From IMG/VR virus record IMGVR_UViG_2061766007_000136: DNA of 64,000 bases, one strand, 5' to 3'. Under the pieces are notes generated by a model that was given only the letters and a program-made list of their open reading frames with translations, was not told the origin of the DNA and ran no database searches. Both the position numbers and the translations under genes were made by a program. This document shows, piece by piece, positions 1 to 11,700 of the stretch (the stretch's first letter is position 1; the number at the start of each line of letters is the position of its first letter). The stretch comes from an uncultured virus (IMG/VR IMGVR_UViG_2061766007_000136) (taxonomy: Duplodnaviria > Heunggongvirae > Uroviricota > Caudoviricetes).

Positions 1-66
1 AAAGATAATAAAATAAATAAAATATATGATTGCGGAAAAAAGATGTTTATACGAAATAATCATTAA
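1..66 (+). CDS. C-terminal end of a homing-endonuclease-like protein (partial)
   Basis: Frame 1 reads KDNKINKIYDCGKKMFIRNNH*; the KIYDCG tail matches the end of the endonuclease at 29083-30927 (KIYDCGSSVFIWRK); AT-rich. Confidence 0.6.
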   Translation, partial: KDNKINKIYDCGKKMFIRNNH

Positions 67-239
67 TTATTTTGGAAAATGGGCATTATATAGAAGTCAA
101 GGGAATTATGGACAAGAAGGCAAGGCGCAAGCTGGACTGGTTTCCATATCCAATCGAAGTATGGGGGGCGAAGGAAATGAAACCATATCTCGAATACATG
201 GAACAGAAGTATGGAAAAGACTGGAAAGACAAGTTCTGA
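66..239 (+). pseudogene. 3' fragment of a PD-(D/E)XK nuclease gene with no start and no PD motif
   Basis: Frame 3 reads IILENGHYIEVKGIMDKKARRKLDWF...PYLEYMEQKYGKDWKDKF*, aligning with the C-terminus of 47106-48104 (YVEIKG...YLNYVIKKYGKNF); in-frame stop at 57-59. Confidence 0.6.
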
Positions 240-297
240 ATTGTCTCCGACCGAGCTGTACCATCATTATTTTTTCGCTGAATTGATGCCACAAGGC

Positions 298-325
298 TTG
301 CATTTTCCGAAATACGGTGTATATT
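298..325 (+). promoter_or_regulatory. Recurrent promoter TTGCAT-N16-TATATT
   Basis: The same spacing and consensus recur at about 15 intergenic sites. Confidence 0.7.
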
Positions 326-356
326 AAAAATAAAAACACCAGAAAGGAGAAAAACA

Positions 357-587
357 ATGCTGAGTTACAAGAAAGCGCAGAATGTAGTTGACATGATTGA
401 AAACGAGCTTAATGGCGGGTATGCGTACACGTCGTTCGAGGCTATGTGCAAGGAGTACAATGTCACCCCGCAGGAGTACAACGAATTCCTCGGATTCGGT
501 CTCCGAATGATTGAGCTTCTTGAAGAGGGAAAGACCTCGTTTGAAGATGTGAAGACATTTGTGGAATGCAAGAGCAGGGAAGCATGA
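357..587 (+). CDS. hypothetical protein
   Basis: AAGGAG SD, downstream of promoter. Confidence 0.75.
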   Translation: MLSYKKAQNVVDMIENELNGGYAYTSFEAMCKEYNVTPQEYNEFLGFGLRMIELLEEGKTSFEDVKTFVECKSREA

Positions 588-1420
588 AATCCGAAAGACT
601 GTGCGACCGAATGAGGAGCATTCGGAAAAGCATCGGCGATAAAATCACCGAACAGTGGTCTTCCATCATGACCAATTTCGAGAAAAACGACATTGTGCAT
701 TATGTCATGGTCAGCGAGGAAATAGGGAATGCGTTAGGATTGTATGGCGTGGATGAATTCGTCAATAATACGAAAAGCAACGGTCTTGATGATTTCTATG
801 AACTTTCTAAGAAAAAATGGTCTGTGGTACTTGGTCATAAGACACGGAATGAAGCTATGGACTATTACAGAAGTGGAGGAAAAATTTTCTCCCTTGAAAT
901 TTTCATGAAGCTGTTTTCAAATGACTGGGTTGAACCTTGGCATAATGTGACAAAGTGGACATGTAAAGAACTTTGCAATACCATACATGAAGCGATAATC
1001 AAGAAACATGACCATTGGCTGATGGAATATTTCGAGGAAGCGTATTTCAGCGATTGCATGGATGTCATGATGGGTCGGGCATATAAGAAGATACAGTTAA
1101 ATACTCCTTGCAATCCGAATATGATACAAAAGCCCGTCAATCCAAATCTCTATCTTCCGCAAGCCTTCAATTATCGCAAGAAAAGCAGGCAGGAAAAAGC
1201 AAATTGGCAGAATTGCGGTGAGCTTCACACTATTCATCTGTTTCCTCTCCATAATATCAAATGGATTTCGGAGGAGACCATGAATGTGGTCGAACAATAT
1301 CTGCATTGCACAAAGGAAGACATTGTTGCATTTATCAATCTGAATGATTTCATGGACTATATGAAGGCAAGAGTCAAAGACGCATTGTGGATTACACAGG
1401 GGAAAGTCTTGCTGGAATGA
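584..1420 (+). CDS. hypothetical protein
   Basis: Long ORF, ATGA overlap with upstream gene. Confidence 0.8.
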   Translation: MKSERLCDRMRSIRKSIGDKITEQWSSIMTNFEKNDIVHYVMVSEEIGNALGLYGVDEFVNNTKSNGLDDFYELSKKKWSVVLGHKTRNEAMDYYRSGGKIFSLEIFMKLFSNDWVEPWHNVTKWTCKELCNTIHEAIIKKHDHWLMEYFEEAYFSDCMDVMMGRAYKKIQLNTPCNPNMIQKPVNPNLYLPQAFNYRKKSRQEKANWQNCGELHTIHLFPLHNIKWISEETMNVVEQYLHCTKEDIVAFINLNDFMDYMKARVKDALWITQGKVLLE

Positions 1421-1421
1421 T

Positions 1422-1449
1422 TTGACTTTTTTCAAACATGCTTCATATT
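1422..1449 (+). promoter_or_regulatory. Recurrent promoter TTGACT-N16-CATATT
   Basis: Matches window consensus. Confidence 0.65.
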
Positions 1450-1485
1450 AATGAAAGACAATTCAACAAATCAAAGGAGAAAACC

Positions 1486-1878
1486 ATGAATGAACTTGAA
1501 AGACGCTATTTGAAGGAAAATCATTTTTTGAAGAATTCGGACGGTTCTTATTCGGCGAATCTCATCGTCGGGCATGAGTTCTGTTACAGGGACAGACCTG
1601 AGACGAGCTTCTGCGATGAAAAGCAAATCAAGTTCCTTGAAGCCCAGTTTGGCGACAAACTCAAAGATGTGCGTACCATGATTGTCACGATAAAGCATAT
1701 TCAGATGAGCGAATTCGACGTGAAGCTTGAATGGCAGACGGATGTTAAAAACAAAAACAATGAAGGAGAATGGTACGAGCATGACAGCTCCATCACGGGT
1801 GAAGGATTGTACGAACTTATTTCACAGGCGATTGTCCTCGCCGACGTGAACGAATTCAACACATGGGATGAAATCTAA
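1486..1878 (+). CDS. hypothetical protein
   Basis: AAGGAG SD before ATG 1486. Confidence 0.8.
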   Translation: MNELERRYLKENHFLKNSDGSYSANLIVGHEFCYRDRPETSFCDEKQIKFLEAQFGDKLKDVRTMIVTIKHIQMSEFDVKLEWQTDVKNKNNEGEWYEHDSSITGEGLYELISQAIVLADVNEFNTWDEI

Positions 1879-1895
1879 AAACAAAGGAGTTGAAA

Positions 1896-2495
1896 ATGAA
1901 CGAAGTTAAGAACATCGGCATTCCAGTCGTCGTCACACGCGATTCAGACGGCAATACGTTGCATCAGGACATTTATTCTCGGTTGCTGAAAGACCGAATC
2001 ATCATGATTGACGGTGAAATCGAACCCCATATGGCTTCGGTCGTCGTGGCTGAACTGCTTTATCTGCAAGCCGAAGACCCGACCGCCCCCATTAACATGT
2101 ATATCGCATCACCAGGCGGTTCATGCAATGCTGGTCTGTCGATTATCTCTACCATGAACCTTATTACAAATCCTGTCTATGTGACGGCGCACGGTTGCAT
2201 TGCCTCGATGGGAAGCGTCATCACATCCGCTGGTGAAAAAGGTCATCGCTATATCCTGCCTTACACCCGTGTTATGTTGCATCAGGCGAGTTCAGGCGGT
2301 TCTGGCAATGTGCAGGACTTGCGGATTTCCTTGAAGGAAACCGAAGACATCAATGAAATCCTCTTGAAGATTCTTGCCGACAACTGTGGCAAGACCTATG
2401 AGGAAATGAAAAAGGAAACTGAACGCGACCATTGGCTGTCCGACGAGGAAGCCGTGAAATTCGGTCTCGTGGATGAAATTCTCACGAAGAAATGA
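1896..2495 (+). CDS. clpP: ATP-dependent Clp protease proteolytic subunit
   Basis: DIYSRLLKDRII, YIASPGG, catalytic Ser (IASMGS), His (MLHQ), Asp (ERDHWL). Confidence 0.95.
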   Translation: MNEVKNIGIPVVVTRDSDGNTLHQDIYSRLLKDRIIMIDGEIEPHMASVVVAELLYLQAEDPTAPINMYIASPGGSCNAGLSIISTMNLITNPVYVTAHGCIASMGSVITSAGEKGHRYILPYTRVMLHQASSGGSGNVQDLRISLKETEDINEILLKILADNCGKTYEEMKKETERDHWLSDEEAVKFGLVDEILTKK

Positions 2496-4280
2496 ACATA
2501 AGTCTCGAAGTACAACTCAATAAGAAGCTCTGCGAAGCCTACGGAAAGGACGACTACGCCGACAAGCTGGTGCATCTTGAACTATGCCCAGAGGGTCAGG
2601 AAGGCGATGTCACGGTCAACTGCTACAAGCTCGCGAAGGAGCTTGGCGAGAATCCAATTGAGCTTGCCAAGAAAGTCTGCGAGTGGTGCAAGGACTGCTA
2701 TGTGGAACTAAATGAAGACGAGCCGATTGACCTGACATTAAGTCAAAAAGCTGTCGGCGGGTACGTCAACATTGTCTTGAATCCGAATGAGATTCTGTAC
2801 GACACCATCAGGCACGTCTACACCGACGTTAGACACAGGGATGAGGAATTGCCAGAGCGCAAATCTTTCCTGATTGAGTTCTCTTCACCGAACACGAACA
2901 AGCCGATGCATTTGGGACATGTCCGCAACAACTGCATCGGCGACGCTACGGCGCGTATCCTCGCACTTGCGGGTCAGGGAGTGACCAAGGTGAATCTCGT
3001 CAACGACCGTGGCATCCACATCTGCAAGTCGATGGTCGCCTACAAACGTTGGGGCGAAGGTAAGACCCCCGATGATGTCGGCAAGAAGGGAGACCACTTT
3101 GTTGGCGATTTCTACGTCATGTTTGAGAACGAGTTCAAGAGGCAGTTGCCTCCTGAAGCAAAGGGCTTGCGAGAGGATGAGCAATTCGACATGACGGAAA
3201 TCGGTCGCGAGGCGCGTGAGACGTTGCGCAAGTGGGAGGACGGCGACGAGGATACCGTCAAGCTCTGGTCGGAGATGAACGACTGGGTGATGGACGGGTT
3301 CGCCGAGACGTACAACCGCTACGGCGTATCATTTGACGACACCTACATGGAGAGCGACACCTATGAAATCGGCAAGGAGATTGTCGAGCAGGGCTTGAAG
3401 GACGGGGTGTTCAGGAAACGCGACGACGGAGCCGTGGTCGTGGACTTGGCGAGCGGTCAGGAGAAAGTCCTGTTGCGCAAGGACGGCACGTCCGTCTATA
3501 CGACGCAGGACATCGGGACGACCGTCCTGAAACACGACGACTATCATCCCGACATGCAGATTTGGGTGGTCGGCGACGAGCAGGAGCTTCATTTCAAGTC
3601 GCTGTTCGAGATTATGAAAAAGCTCGGATACGAATGGGCTGACGGCTTGCATCATTTGTCCTACGGGATGGTGAACCTCCCCGACGGGCGCATGAAGTCC
3701 CGTGAGGGAACTGTTGTCGATGCTGACGACATTCTCGACAGGATGGAGTNNNNNNNNNNNNNNNNNNNNNNNNNCCAAGGTGGTCGCCCTCGACTCCCTG
3801 AAATTCATGATGCTCAAGTCGAATCCGAAGACGACTATCACATTCGACCCGAAGGAAGCCATTAAATTCGAAGGCGACACTGGGGCTTATCTTCTTTATT
3901 CTTACGTCCGCGCCGTGTCGATTGTCAGGAAAGTCAACGAGCGTCAGGAAGAGGACAGGAAGAAGGACTCTTGGTATGGCGAACAGCTTCGCAGATGCCA
4001 TTACGTTCTGGAGAACGGGCATGATGTAAGGCTCGCCCTACGAATTGCGATGTTCGGCGAAGCAGTCCAGAAATCGGCGAAGACCCTTGATTGCTCCGTG
4101 CTTTCAAGATACCTGCTCGACCTCGCGAAGGACTTCTCGACGTTCTACCATGCATGCCCGATTTTGACGAAAGAAAGCTCTCTTTTCATGGAAACAAGAA
4201 AAGTGCTGGTAGAAGTATTTGTCGATACGATGAAATGCGGGATGGAGGCACTTGGGATGCAGGTGGTTGAAAAAATGTAA
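2492..4280 (+). CDS. argS: Arginyl-tRNA synthetase (spans N-gap ~3750-3774)
   Basis: EFSSPNTNKPMHLGHVRN (HIGH), NDRGIH, RMKSREG (KMSKS-like), FEGDTGAYLLYSYVR, FYHACPIL; the frame change coincides with the gap. Confidence 0.93.
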
Positions 4281-4298
4281 TTCAAAGGAGTAATCACT

Positions 4299-4595
4299 AT
4301 GAACGAAGAACTTGTATTTACCATGATTGTGACCCACGATAAAATTACTGGAAGATACCAGTGCAATCTGTTTCCTGCGGACATGTTGCCTGTTGGAAGT
4401 GTGGATTATGGGGACGACCTCAAACCGATTGTGGACAAGTCCCTTGAGAGATTCTACAGAGAAAGGGAACAACGCGAACAAGAACTTGTGACATTGCATA
4501 AGAAAGCTGATGAAAGACACAAGGAAATGACCGAGTTTAACAAGCAATTGGAAGAAGTCATTGATGATTTGAAAAAATCCAAGAAGAAAAGCTAG
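4299..4595 (+). CDS. hypothetical protein with C-terminal coiled coil
   Basis: AAGGAG SD, heptad-like C-terminus. Confidence 0.75.
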   Translation: MNEELVFTMIVTHDKITGRYQCNLFPADMLPVGSVDYGDDLKPIVDKSLERFYREREQREQELVTLHKKADERHKEMTEFNKQLEEVIDDLKKSKKKS

Positions 4596-4660
4596 ACAAG
4601 GCTTGATGCTCAATCTGCCGAAGACTTGAAAGATTCAACTAGCAATACCATATTAAAGGT

Positions 4661-5443
4661 ATGGAAATTGAATTGAACAATATCTACAACATCGACTGTC
4701 TCGAAGGAATGAAAGACATTCCCGATGGGACGGTCGATTGTATTATTTGCGACTTGCCTTATGAAGTGCTTAATAAAAACAATAAGCATGCGCAGTGGGA
4801 CAAGATAATTCCGTTTGACAAACTGTGGGAGCAGTATAAACGTGTCACAAAACCGAGCGCAGCGATATGCCTGTTTGGTCAGGGAATGTTTACTGCCAAG
4901 CTCATGATGTCCAATCCAGACATGTGGCGTTACAACCTGATTTGGGATAAGAAAAAGACGACTGGATTCCTGAATGCGAACCGCATGCCGTTGCGTTGCC
5001 ACGAGGACATCGCCGTGTTCTACAAGGAGCTTCCGACTTACAACCCGCAATTTTTCGACGGGGAGCCGACGCATCCGAGAGGCAAAGGAAAGCATGTCAA
5101 TAATGACAAATGCTACGGAGCTTATGACAATACGGATGTCAAGGACAAATACGATAGGAAGAAATTTCCACGTTCTATTATCTCGATAGCTAAAGAACAT
5201 GATTCCAGTCAATTTCATGCGACGCAGAAGCCAGTGGAACTGATACGGTGGCTGGTCAGGACGTACACCAACGAGGGTGACACGGTGCTGGACAACTGCA
5301 TGGGTTCAGGAACGACCGCAATCGCCTGCATCGCCGAGAACAGGAACTACATCGGATTCGAGACGAACGAAGAATATTTTGCCAAGTCGCTTGAAAGAAT
5401 TGAAAAATTCAAAAACGAACCACGCCAATTGGAGTTGTTTTGA
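4661..5443 (+). CDS. DNA N6-adenine/N4-cytosine methyltransferase (beta class)
   Basis: CDLPY motif IV, HATQKPVEL, DNCMGSGT motif I. Confidence 0.92.
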   Translation: MEIELNNIYNIDCLEGMKDIPDGTVDCIICDLPYEVLNKNNKHAQWDKIIPFDKLWEQYKRVTKPSAAICLFGQGMFTAKLMMSNPDMWRYNLIWDKKKTTGFLNANRMPLRCHEDIAVFYKELPTYNPQFFDGEPTHPRGKGKHVNNDKCYGAYDNTDVKDKYDRKKFPRSIISIAKEHDSSQFHATQKPVELIRWLVRTYTNEGDTVLDNCMGSGTTAIACIAENRNYIGFETNEEYFAKSLERIEKFKNEPRQLELF

Positions 5444-6279
5444 TGACACCATATCATAATAAAGACGGATTTACACTGTACAACGGGGATTGCCTTGAAG
5501 TCATGGATTCAATGGATGAGAATTCCATTGACATCGTAATAACTTCCCCTCCTTATGGGACTTGCAGGAACGAGACATTTTCAAAGGAATCCAATCAGAA
5601 GCGTAAATACAACATGCGTTACGATGTCCTTGTCGAGAACAAGTCACCAGAGGAATATCGTGAGTGGACAATCGAGGTGTTCAAGGCGATGGAACGTCTT
5701 CTGAAGGAAAACCGAGTCGTGCTGTATAACTTCGGGCTTGGGAACGACGGGCATACGAAGTACACGAATTACGACTGGTTCAAGACAGTGACGGACATTG
5801 TGGAGAACACGTCGTTCGCCGTGGCTGACTTGTTGCTGTGGAAGAAAAAATCGGCGTTGCCGAACAATACGTCACCGAACAAGGCGACGAGGATTGTGGA
5901 GCCAGTCATTGTATTTTGCCGTAAATCAGAGATGATGACATTTCTTTCCAACAAAAAGGTGACTGGTGAGTTCCAGAAGACTGGTCAAAAGCTGTACGCC
6001 CCGTTCTACAACATTTTCGATGCGAAGAATAATGACGGTTCATGCGCTTTGAACAAGGCGACATATTCGACGGAATTCGTGGACAAACTGATTGGATTGT
6101 ACTGCCCAGAGGATAAGAGAAGCGAATGGACGGTGCTAGACCCGTTCAGCGGGACAGGGACGACTGGGATTTCCGCCATCAAGAGCGGAATGAAGTACGT
6201 CGGCATAGAATTGTCCGAAGGTCAATGCGAGTACACGGTACAACGACTTGGCAACGGTGTTCAATTGGAATTGTTCTAA
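5443..6279 (+). CDS. DNA methyltransferase (beta class, SPPY type, likely N4C)
   Basis: GDCLEVM, TSPPY, DPFSGTGTT, GIELS. Confidence 0.92.
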   Translation: MTPYHNKDGFTLYNGDCLEVMDSMDENSIDIVITSPPYGTCRNETFSKESNQKRKYNMRYDVLVENKSPEEYREWTIEVFKAMERLLKENRVVLYNFGLGNDGHTKYTNYDWFKTVTDIVENTSFAVADLLLWKKKSALPNNTSPNKATRIVEPVIVFCRKSEMMTFLSNKKVTGEFQKTGQKLYAPFYNIFDAKNNDGSCALNKATYSTEFVDKLIGLYCPEDKRSEWTVLDPFSGTGTTGISAIKSGMKYVGIELSEGQCEYTVQRLGNGVQLELF

Positions 6280-6291
6280 TTGGAGTGAGAC

Positions 6292-6822
6292 ATGGAACAA
6301 AAAGATACAATAAAGACTTATCTTGACTTACGCAAGAAGTTCATTGAGGAGATTGAAAAAAGGCATGAGATTGAAATCTCCGAATTGGAAAAATATACGA
6401 ATGGCTCGAAAGAGCTTCCAGAGTTCTATCAAGACATCCAGAGACGATTCAAGGAGATAAGTGAAGATGACATGCATGAGTTGGTATCAACTGTATTGTC
6501 CGCTTTCTATTCCCGTTCATTGTATCCAGTCAAGAATGCGGATGTCCATGAAAAGACAGCAAAGGAGATTATCGAGGAAAACGGATACGATGCTTCTGAA
6601 ATGGTGTTGCTTGAAAACGAGTCCTACGATTCCGCGCTGATAGGCGTTACGACTGAAGGCAAGGCGGTGTATTCATATGATAAGATGGTGCAATGGTACA
6701 TGAACAAGAACAATTGCTCAGAAGAAGAAGCAATGGAATGGATTGATTACAATACGTTGCGAGCCATCCCCTATGCTGGTGCCAATGCGCCAATTGTAAT
6801 TACCGAATTCGATGGAGAATAA
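6292..6822 (+). CDS. hypothetical phage protein
   Basis: ORF with SD; C-terminal YDSALIG...EEAMEWIDYN region. Confidence 0.75.
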   Translation: MEQKDTIKTYLDLRKKFIEEIEKRHEIEISELEKYTNGSKELPEFYQDIQRRFKEISEDDMHELVSTVLSAFYSRSLYPVKNADVHEKTAKEIIEENGYDASEMVLLENESYDSALIGVTTEGKAVYSYDKMVQWYMNKNNCSEEEAMEWIDYNTLRAIPYAGANAPIVITEFDGE

Positions 6823-6825
6823 ATC

Positions 6826-7284
6826 ATGCTGAGTAAAATCTTGGATTTCATTGTCGTGTCTTTTGCTGCTCTCGTTGGGATTGCCTTTATTGGCATAATT
6901 GTGTTTATTATGGTGGCTCATGAAGAACAAGCAAAGGAAATGATTGAAGAAAGGGAGAATCTAAAAGCCCGTATCGAAGAAGGGACGACCACGGCGAAAC
7001 AGGCGAAGGAGATTGTTCTGGAATACACTGGAAATGAATATGTATATGATGTGAAAAATGTAGAGGCGAAAGACGAGTTGCTGAAAATCAACGTCGTCCC
7101 GAAGTGCTACTACAATTACAGCAAAACGAAACGTGATGTCGTGATTGTGCATATTCCGATAGATGCGTCTGATGAAGACATTCTTAAAGCTAAGGAAATC
7201 ATTAGACAGAAAGCAATAGAAGTGCAACAGGAACGACTGAAGAAACTGGAAAATTTAAAATTACAAACAAATCTAACAGAATAA
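6826..7284 (+). CDS. membrane-anchored hypothetical protein
   Basis: N-terminal hydrophobic helix. Confidence 0.75.
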   Translation: MLSKILDFIVVSFAALVGIAFIGIIVFIMVAHEEQAKEMIEERENLKARIEEGTTTAKQAKEIVLEYTGNEYVYDVKNVEAKDELLKINVVPKCYYNYSKTKRDVVIVHIPIDASDEDILKAKEIIRQKAIEVQQERLKKLENLKLQTNLTE

Positions 7285-7309
7285 TTATATTAAAAAAGGA
7301 GAAATCATC

Positions 7310-8353
7310 ATGGCAAAATACACGTGGACAAGTCATCCATCCATTGTGGATGCATCGGAAATTCCAAGCAATGTTATTCGTTTGAAAGTCTTTGAATATC
7401 TGAAGAAAGACCCGACGTTGCCGAAGCATCTCATTGACGGGATGGTGGTGCTAAAAGGTAGAAAACCGATGACGGTGGAACAGTATCTCCGCAGTTCGGA
7501 TGGAATGTCGTCCTACCGCACATCCCAGTATTCTAAAAGAATGTCAAACGGATATAAGGATGCTGAAAAGAAGGAAGGGTTCCTGAAAAAGGCGTTCAAT
7601 TGCATTGCAAATCTTTTCAAGAAAAAAGAAGACGAAAAGAAAGAAGTTCCTCCAGAGACATTCAAGACTGCATGCGATATGATTTCCAAGAATATCATCT
7701 CGCAGGATTTGGAAAAGACAGCAATCAAGTTAAAGACCGTCATTGACAAGACAAAGGCAAATGGGCAGTTTGCACTAGCCGACAGGCTTCTGAACGAACA
7801 TCAGAATCTTATCAACGAGGTTATTCTTGTCAAGAATGGGTTGTTCCATTATCTTACGGAGGAGGATGCCATCAACCTCCTGAAAACGGCTGATTTCGGA
7901 ATCAGGATTGATTTCTGGAATGACTACCCCGATATTGTGCCAGACGAAGTGATGGAAAAGAAGAAGAAAGCCGATGCGCTCCGCGTGTTTGACAATTGGT
8001 GCATTATGCACTACGACCCGAAGGGGACAACATTGAAGCAAATGAAGACTGAGGAATGGAAACGCGACCCGATTCTGTTCGGCATGATTGTCGGTTCAGA
8101 CAGGCTGTACTATGTCGCCGACTGGAAGACGAAGGACGATGACCTCACCATTGAGAAGGTGTGCGAAATCCTGAACATCAAATCCATCAGAGAGGCGCGG
8201 GAATACGGTGCCGATTCACCGTACAGTGGCATCATCCAGCGTGTCGAGGGAAGCAACGACTCCGAATCATTCGACGACCCGATGATGGACACGCCAGTTG
8301 ACCCGTCCATCAACATGAGCGATACCGAAGTCGAAGAACCACAGGGGAATTGA
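7310..8353 (+). CDS. hypothetical phage protein
   Basis: 347 aa ORF with AAGGAG SD. Confidence 0.8.
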   Translation: MAKYTWTSHPSIVDASEIPSNVIRLKVFEYLKKDPTLPKHLIDGMVVLKGRKPMTVEQYLRSSDGMSSYRTSQYSKRMSNGYKDAEKKEGFLKKAFNCIANLFKKKEDEKKEVPPETFKTACDMISKNIISQDLEKTAIKLKTVIDKTKANGQFALADRLLNEHQNLINEVILVKNGLFHYLTEEDAINLLKTADFGIRIDFWNDYPDIVPDEVMEKKKKADALRVFDNWCIMHYDPKGTTLKQMKTEEWKRDPILFGMIVGSDRLYYVADWKTKDDDLTIEKVCEILNIKSIREAREYGADSPYSGIIQRVEGSNDSESFDDPMMDTPVDPSINMSDTEVEEPQGN

Positions 8354-8682
8354 AGATGTTGATGAGCAAAAGAAACAAGGAATGGCTTGAATCGAACGGA
8401 TTTGAATTCGAGGAAAAAGACGCATGGTACGAATGGAGGCGTGAGATGAGCAACAAGGTTGTCATTGATGTCGCCTTGATGAAAAGCAACGATAATTACG
8501 GGACAGTCAGTGTTTATGACATGCAAAGCGGTACGATGTGCAATTTTCCAAATCATTGCGCCCACATGAAACGAGGTCATATTGAAAAGACAATCGAACA
8601 TGCTTTAAATTATGCGAAGGACAGGCTTGTGGAATCGCTCGTCAGATTTTCTTCAGTAAAGAATGACTTGATTGACGAATAA
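8350..8682 (+). CDS. hypothetical protein
   Basis: ORF coupled to upstream gene. Confidence 0.7.
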   Translation: MKMLMSKRNKEWLESNGFEFEEKDAWYEWRREMSNKVVIDVALMKSNDNYGTVSVYDMQSGTMCNFPNHCAHMKRGHIEKTIEHALNYAKDRLVESLVRFSSVKNDLIDE

Positions 8683-8763
8683 GCTGAAAAACAAAATATT
8701 TATATCACGGCTATATTGGTAAAATACAATATAGCCGTTTTTGTTTTTTATGAGGAAACCAAT

Positions 8764-11700
8764 ATGAAATTCATTCTTGCATTTAACGCTGAACCGCTCC
8801 AGTTGAAATTCATGAACTGGGTTTTGAAAAGAGACGACATCACGAAGGAAACCATGATGCAGGCAGTCAAGGACAAAGACAAGTCCATTACAGATGCCAT
8901 TGCTGAATTTAGCAGTTTTCAAGCCGAAGTAAAGAAATACGGAAATAAGATTGGCAATTCTTCGAACATCTTCATGGACTGTATTTATGACCGTTGTGCA
9001 AATGATGATGATTCATTTAAATACATGTTTGGAGAGGATACTGACAAGACAAGATATACCAAGAATTACAGAGTCATATTGGATGGGTTGTATGATGCTT
9101 TTCATTATTGTGAAGAATTCTCCAAAGAAGGCAAGTTTTCAACAAGAGCCAAAGCGATATTCGACGGTTTCAAGAAGAAGAATGAGACACTTGAAAAACT
9201 TGTCAAGGACATGAACCAGATTCTTGTCGAAAACAACAAGAACAAGGGCGAGGAAGATGACGGAAGAACATTTGAGGAACAGGAAGAGGCATCTTGGGAA
9301 ACTTTGGAAGGAAATGAAGTCTTTCATCGGGATGAATGGCATGTCTATGAGGTAAACACTTATGAAGACATGAGGAATGTCGCTGCGGATTGTTCCGAAT
9401 GGTGCGTGGCGAGACGTGATTCTGGAAGAGACCATTTTAACCATTATGGTGAGCCATATTATCTGTTTTCAAAAGGCAGAAGGAATCCTTGGATTCTGAT
9501 GCATATTGGTTCACAGCAGTTCAAAGGTCTTGACGATGACAAATTCCAGCCAGACAGACCGACTTCTTTTGAAGTCATACAAATAGGACGAGATTTTCTG
9601 GAAGAACAAAGCGAGCTTCAGTCTTATTACAGTGAAGATGAAGATTTCTCCGTTTTCAATGAAGACAATGAATTCAATGAAGAACCAGAATTGGACGACT
9701 ACAACAACATCAGCAAGATGACTCAGGATGAGTTGAAGAACTTCTTTGAACAATACGTGAAAAACAATCATGATGGTGTAGTGTCTTATTTGTCTCAGGT
9801 TTCCAAAAACGCGACTGATTACAACCTGATAATTGAAATCATCGCGGAAGCAAAAAAGAATCATGAAGACATTTATGATGACGTATGCGATAGCTTGATG
9901 AATAAAAATCTCTCTGAATTTATCGGAAGTGAAAAGGCATTGCAACTATATACTGAACTTCTAGATAGTCAAGCATCTTCTGATTCGTACATTGAATCTC
10001 ATTCCACGACTTTTGAACCATATTTGCACAATGTCTTCATGACCTGTAACGACAAGAGCATCATTTACAAGTTGATTAACAAATATTGCCATGATGACGA
10101 AAAGAAAATCAAAGCAGTCCTGTTGTCCAAGGATTCAAGTTTTTATCCGCTTTCGCAGGCATTTGAAGAATATCTTTGCGAGCATGACATGAAAGACACA
10201 ATATGTGCATCGTTGCCTCATGTGTTTGACGCATCAAATAGCTTCTTGAAAATGGTAATTGATAAATACCATAATGATTATGCAATGATGAAAGCAGTTC
10301 TTAATGCTCCGCATGGCTTGGATGTAATGAATGAAATTGCAAGTCAGACAGACAATAAGGAAATTATGCGTGAAATAATTTATATGTTTAAAAATAAACG
10401 CTCAAACATTACTGAAACTGTCAGGGTATTGGTTGAAAAGCCTTCCTTTGATGATAACCTTGAAAGACTTTTGTTTAGAGAATGCGATAGTTATGATGAA
10501 AAATTGTCATCAATATTGTTGAAACATGCCAAAAACACAGATGAAGAAATCAAAGCTTTGAAGAGCGGTGCATCGCCTGATACAATAAAAAGATATTATG
10601 AGGGGCATAAGGAGGCAATACTTAAGGAAGACCAATCAACTTTAAAGTATTTTCTCCACAGGCTTATTGATGATGATAAAATTGTCGGGGAAATCCTTGA
10701 AGCATGTGACTATGACCTTGAATTTATGGATAATGTAAGAGATAACTTGTCCACTTCAAATCGACAGAAGATATCATTGGATTATGTGGAAAAAGGACTT
10801 TCCAAGAAAAGCACCATCAATGAACGAGAAGCAGTATTTGTATTAAATAGCATCACTGATACAAAAAATCATATAATTGCCGATAATCCAACAAACAATC
10901 GGATATCATTGGAGGTATTGAAAAAGCATAATAAGATTGAGACAGCCAATACTCTTCTAAGCTGGTCAAAGAGTCTTGCAGTGCTGAAAGAAGTCATTCT
11001 GAATTATCCAGTTGATTTGGATAGAATAATAAGTGAATTGAGATGGAATCAGCAATTATGCAATGATGAAGATGTTTTAAGACATATTGGCAATCGTGCC
11101 ATTGCCGAAAATGCAGATGCCAAGATATGCAAAGAGATAATTGAATATAGCAAATGCCCGTCAGATGTGGTGGACAAAATCATGTCCAGCCATAATGGTC
11201 AGAATTTGAGCAACAATGAAGACGCTCAACTGATAGAATTGTCAAAGGGATTGGTTTTTAATGAAGAAAAATTTATCAAGGAATATTGTAAAAAACATCC
11301 AACTTTCGATGACAACATCAAAGACCTGCTTACAAAACTGGTTTACGATGAGAAATTGTTCACTCTTGCCACGAGAATCATCCTTAATCATGAATCTATA
11401 GACGATGAAGACAAATTCAATGTCGTTCAGATTATCATGAACAGTCAGAATGGATTCAAATTCAAGATTGACTTAGATACGATTGTGAATTTCTGCTTGA
11501 CACACAAGGAAATCTTCGCCACTTTGTGCCCGTTGCAATTTAAGGGGATTTCTGAAAAACAAGTCAACATGATGTTTGACATAATAAAGAGCAACAGTGA
11601 ATATATGAAACAAATGGAAGATGTCATAACAGAACTGGAGCAATCGACATTTGACATTGTGAACACAAGGTTGCATAATGAGGAAGCGACAGAAGAGGAT

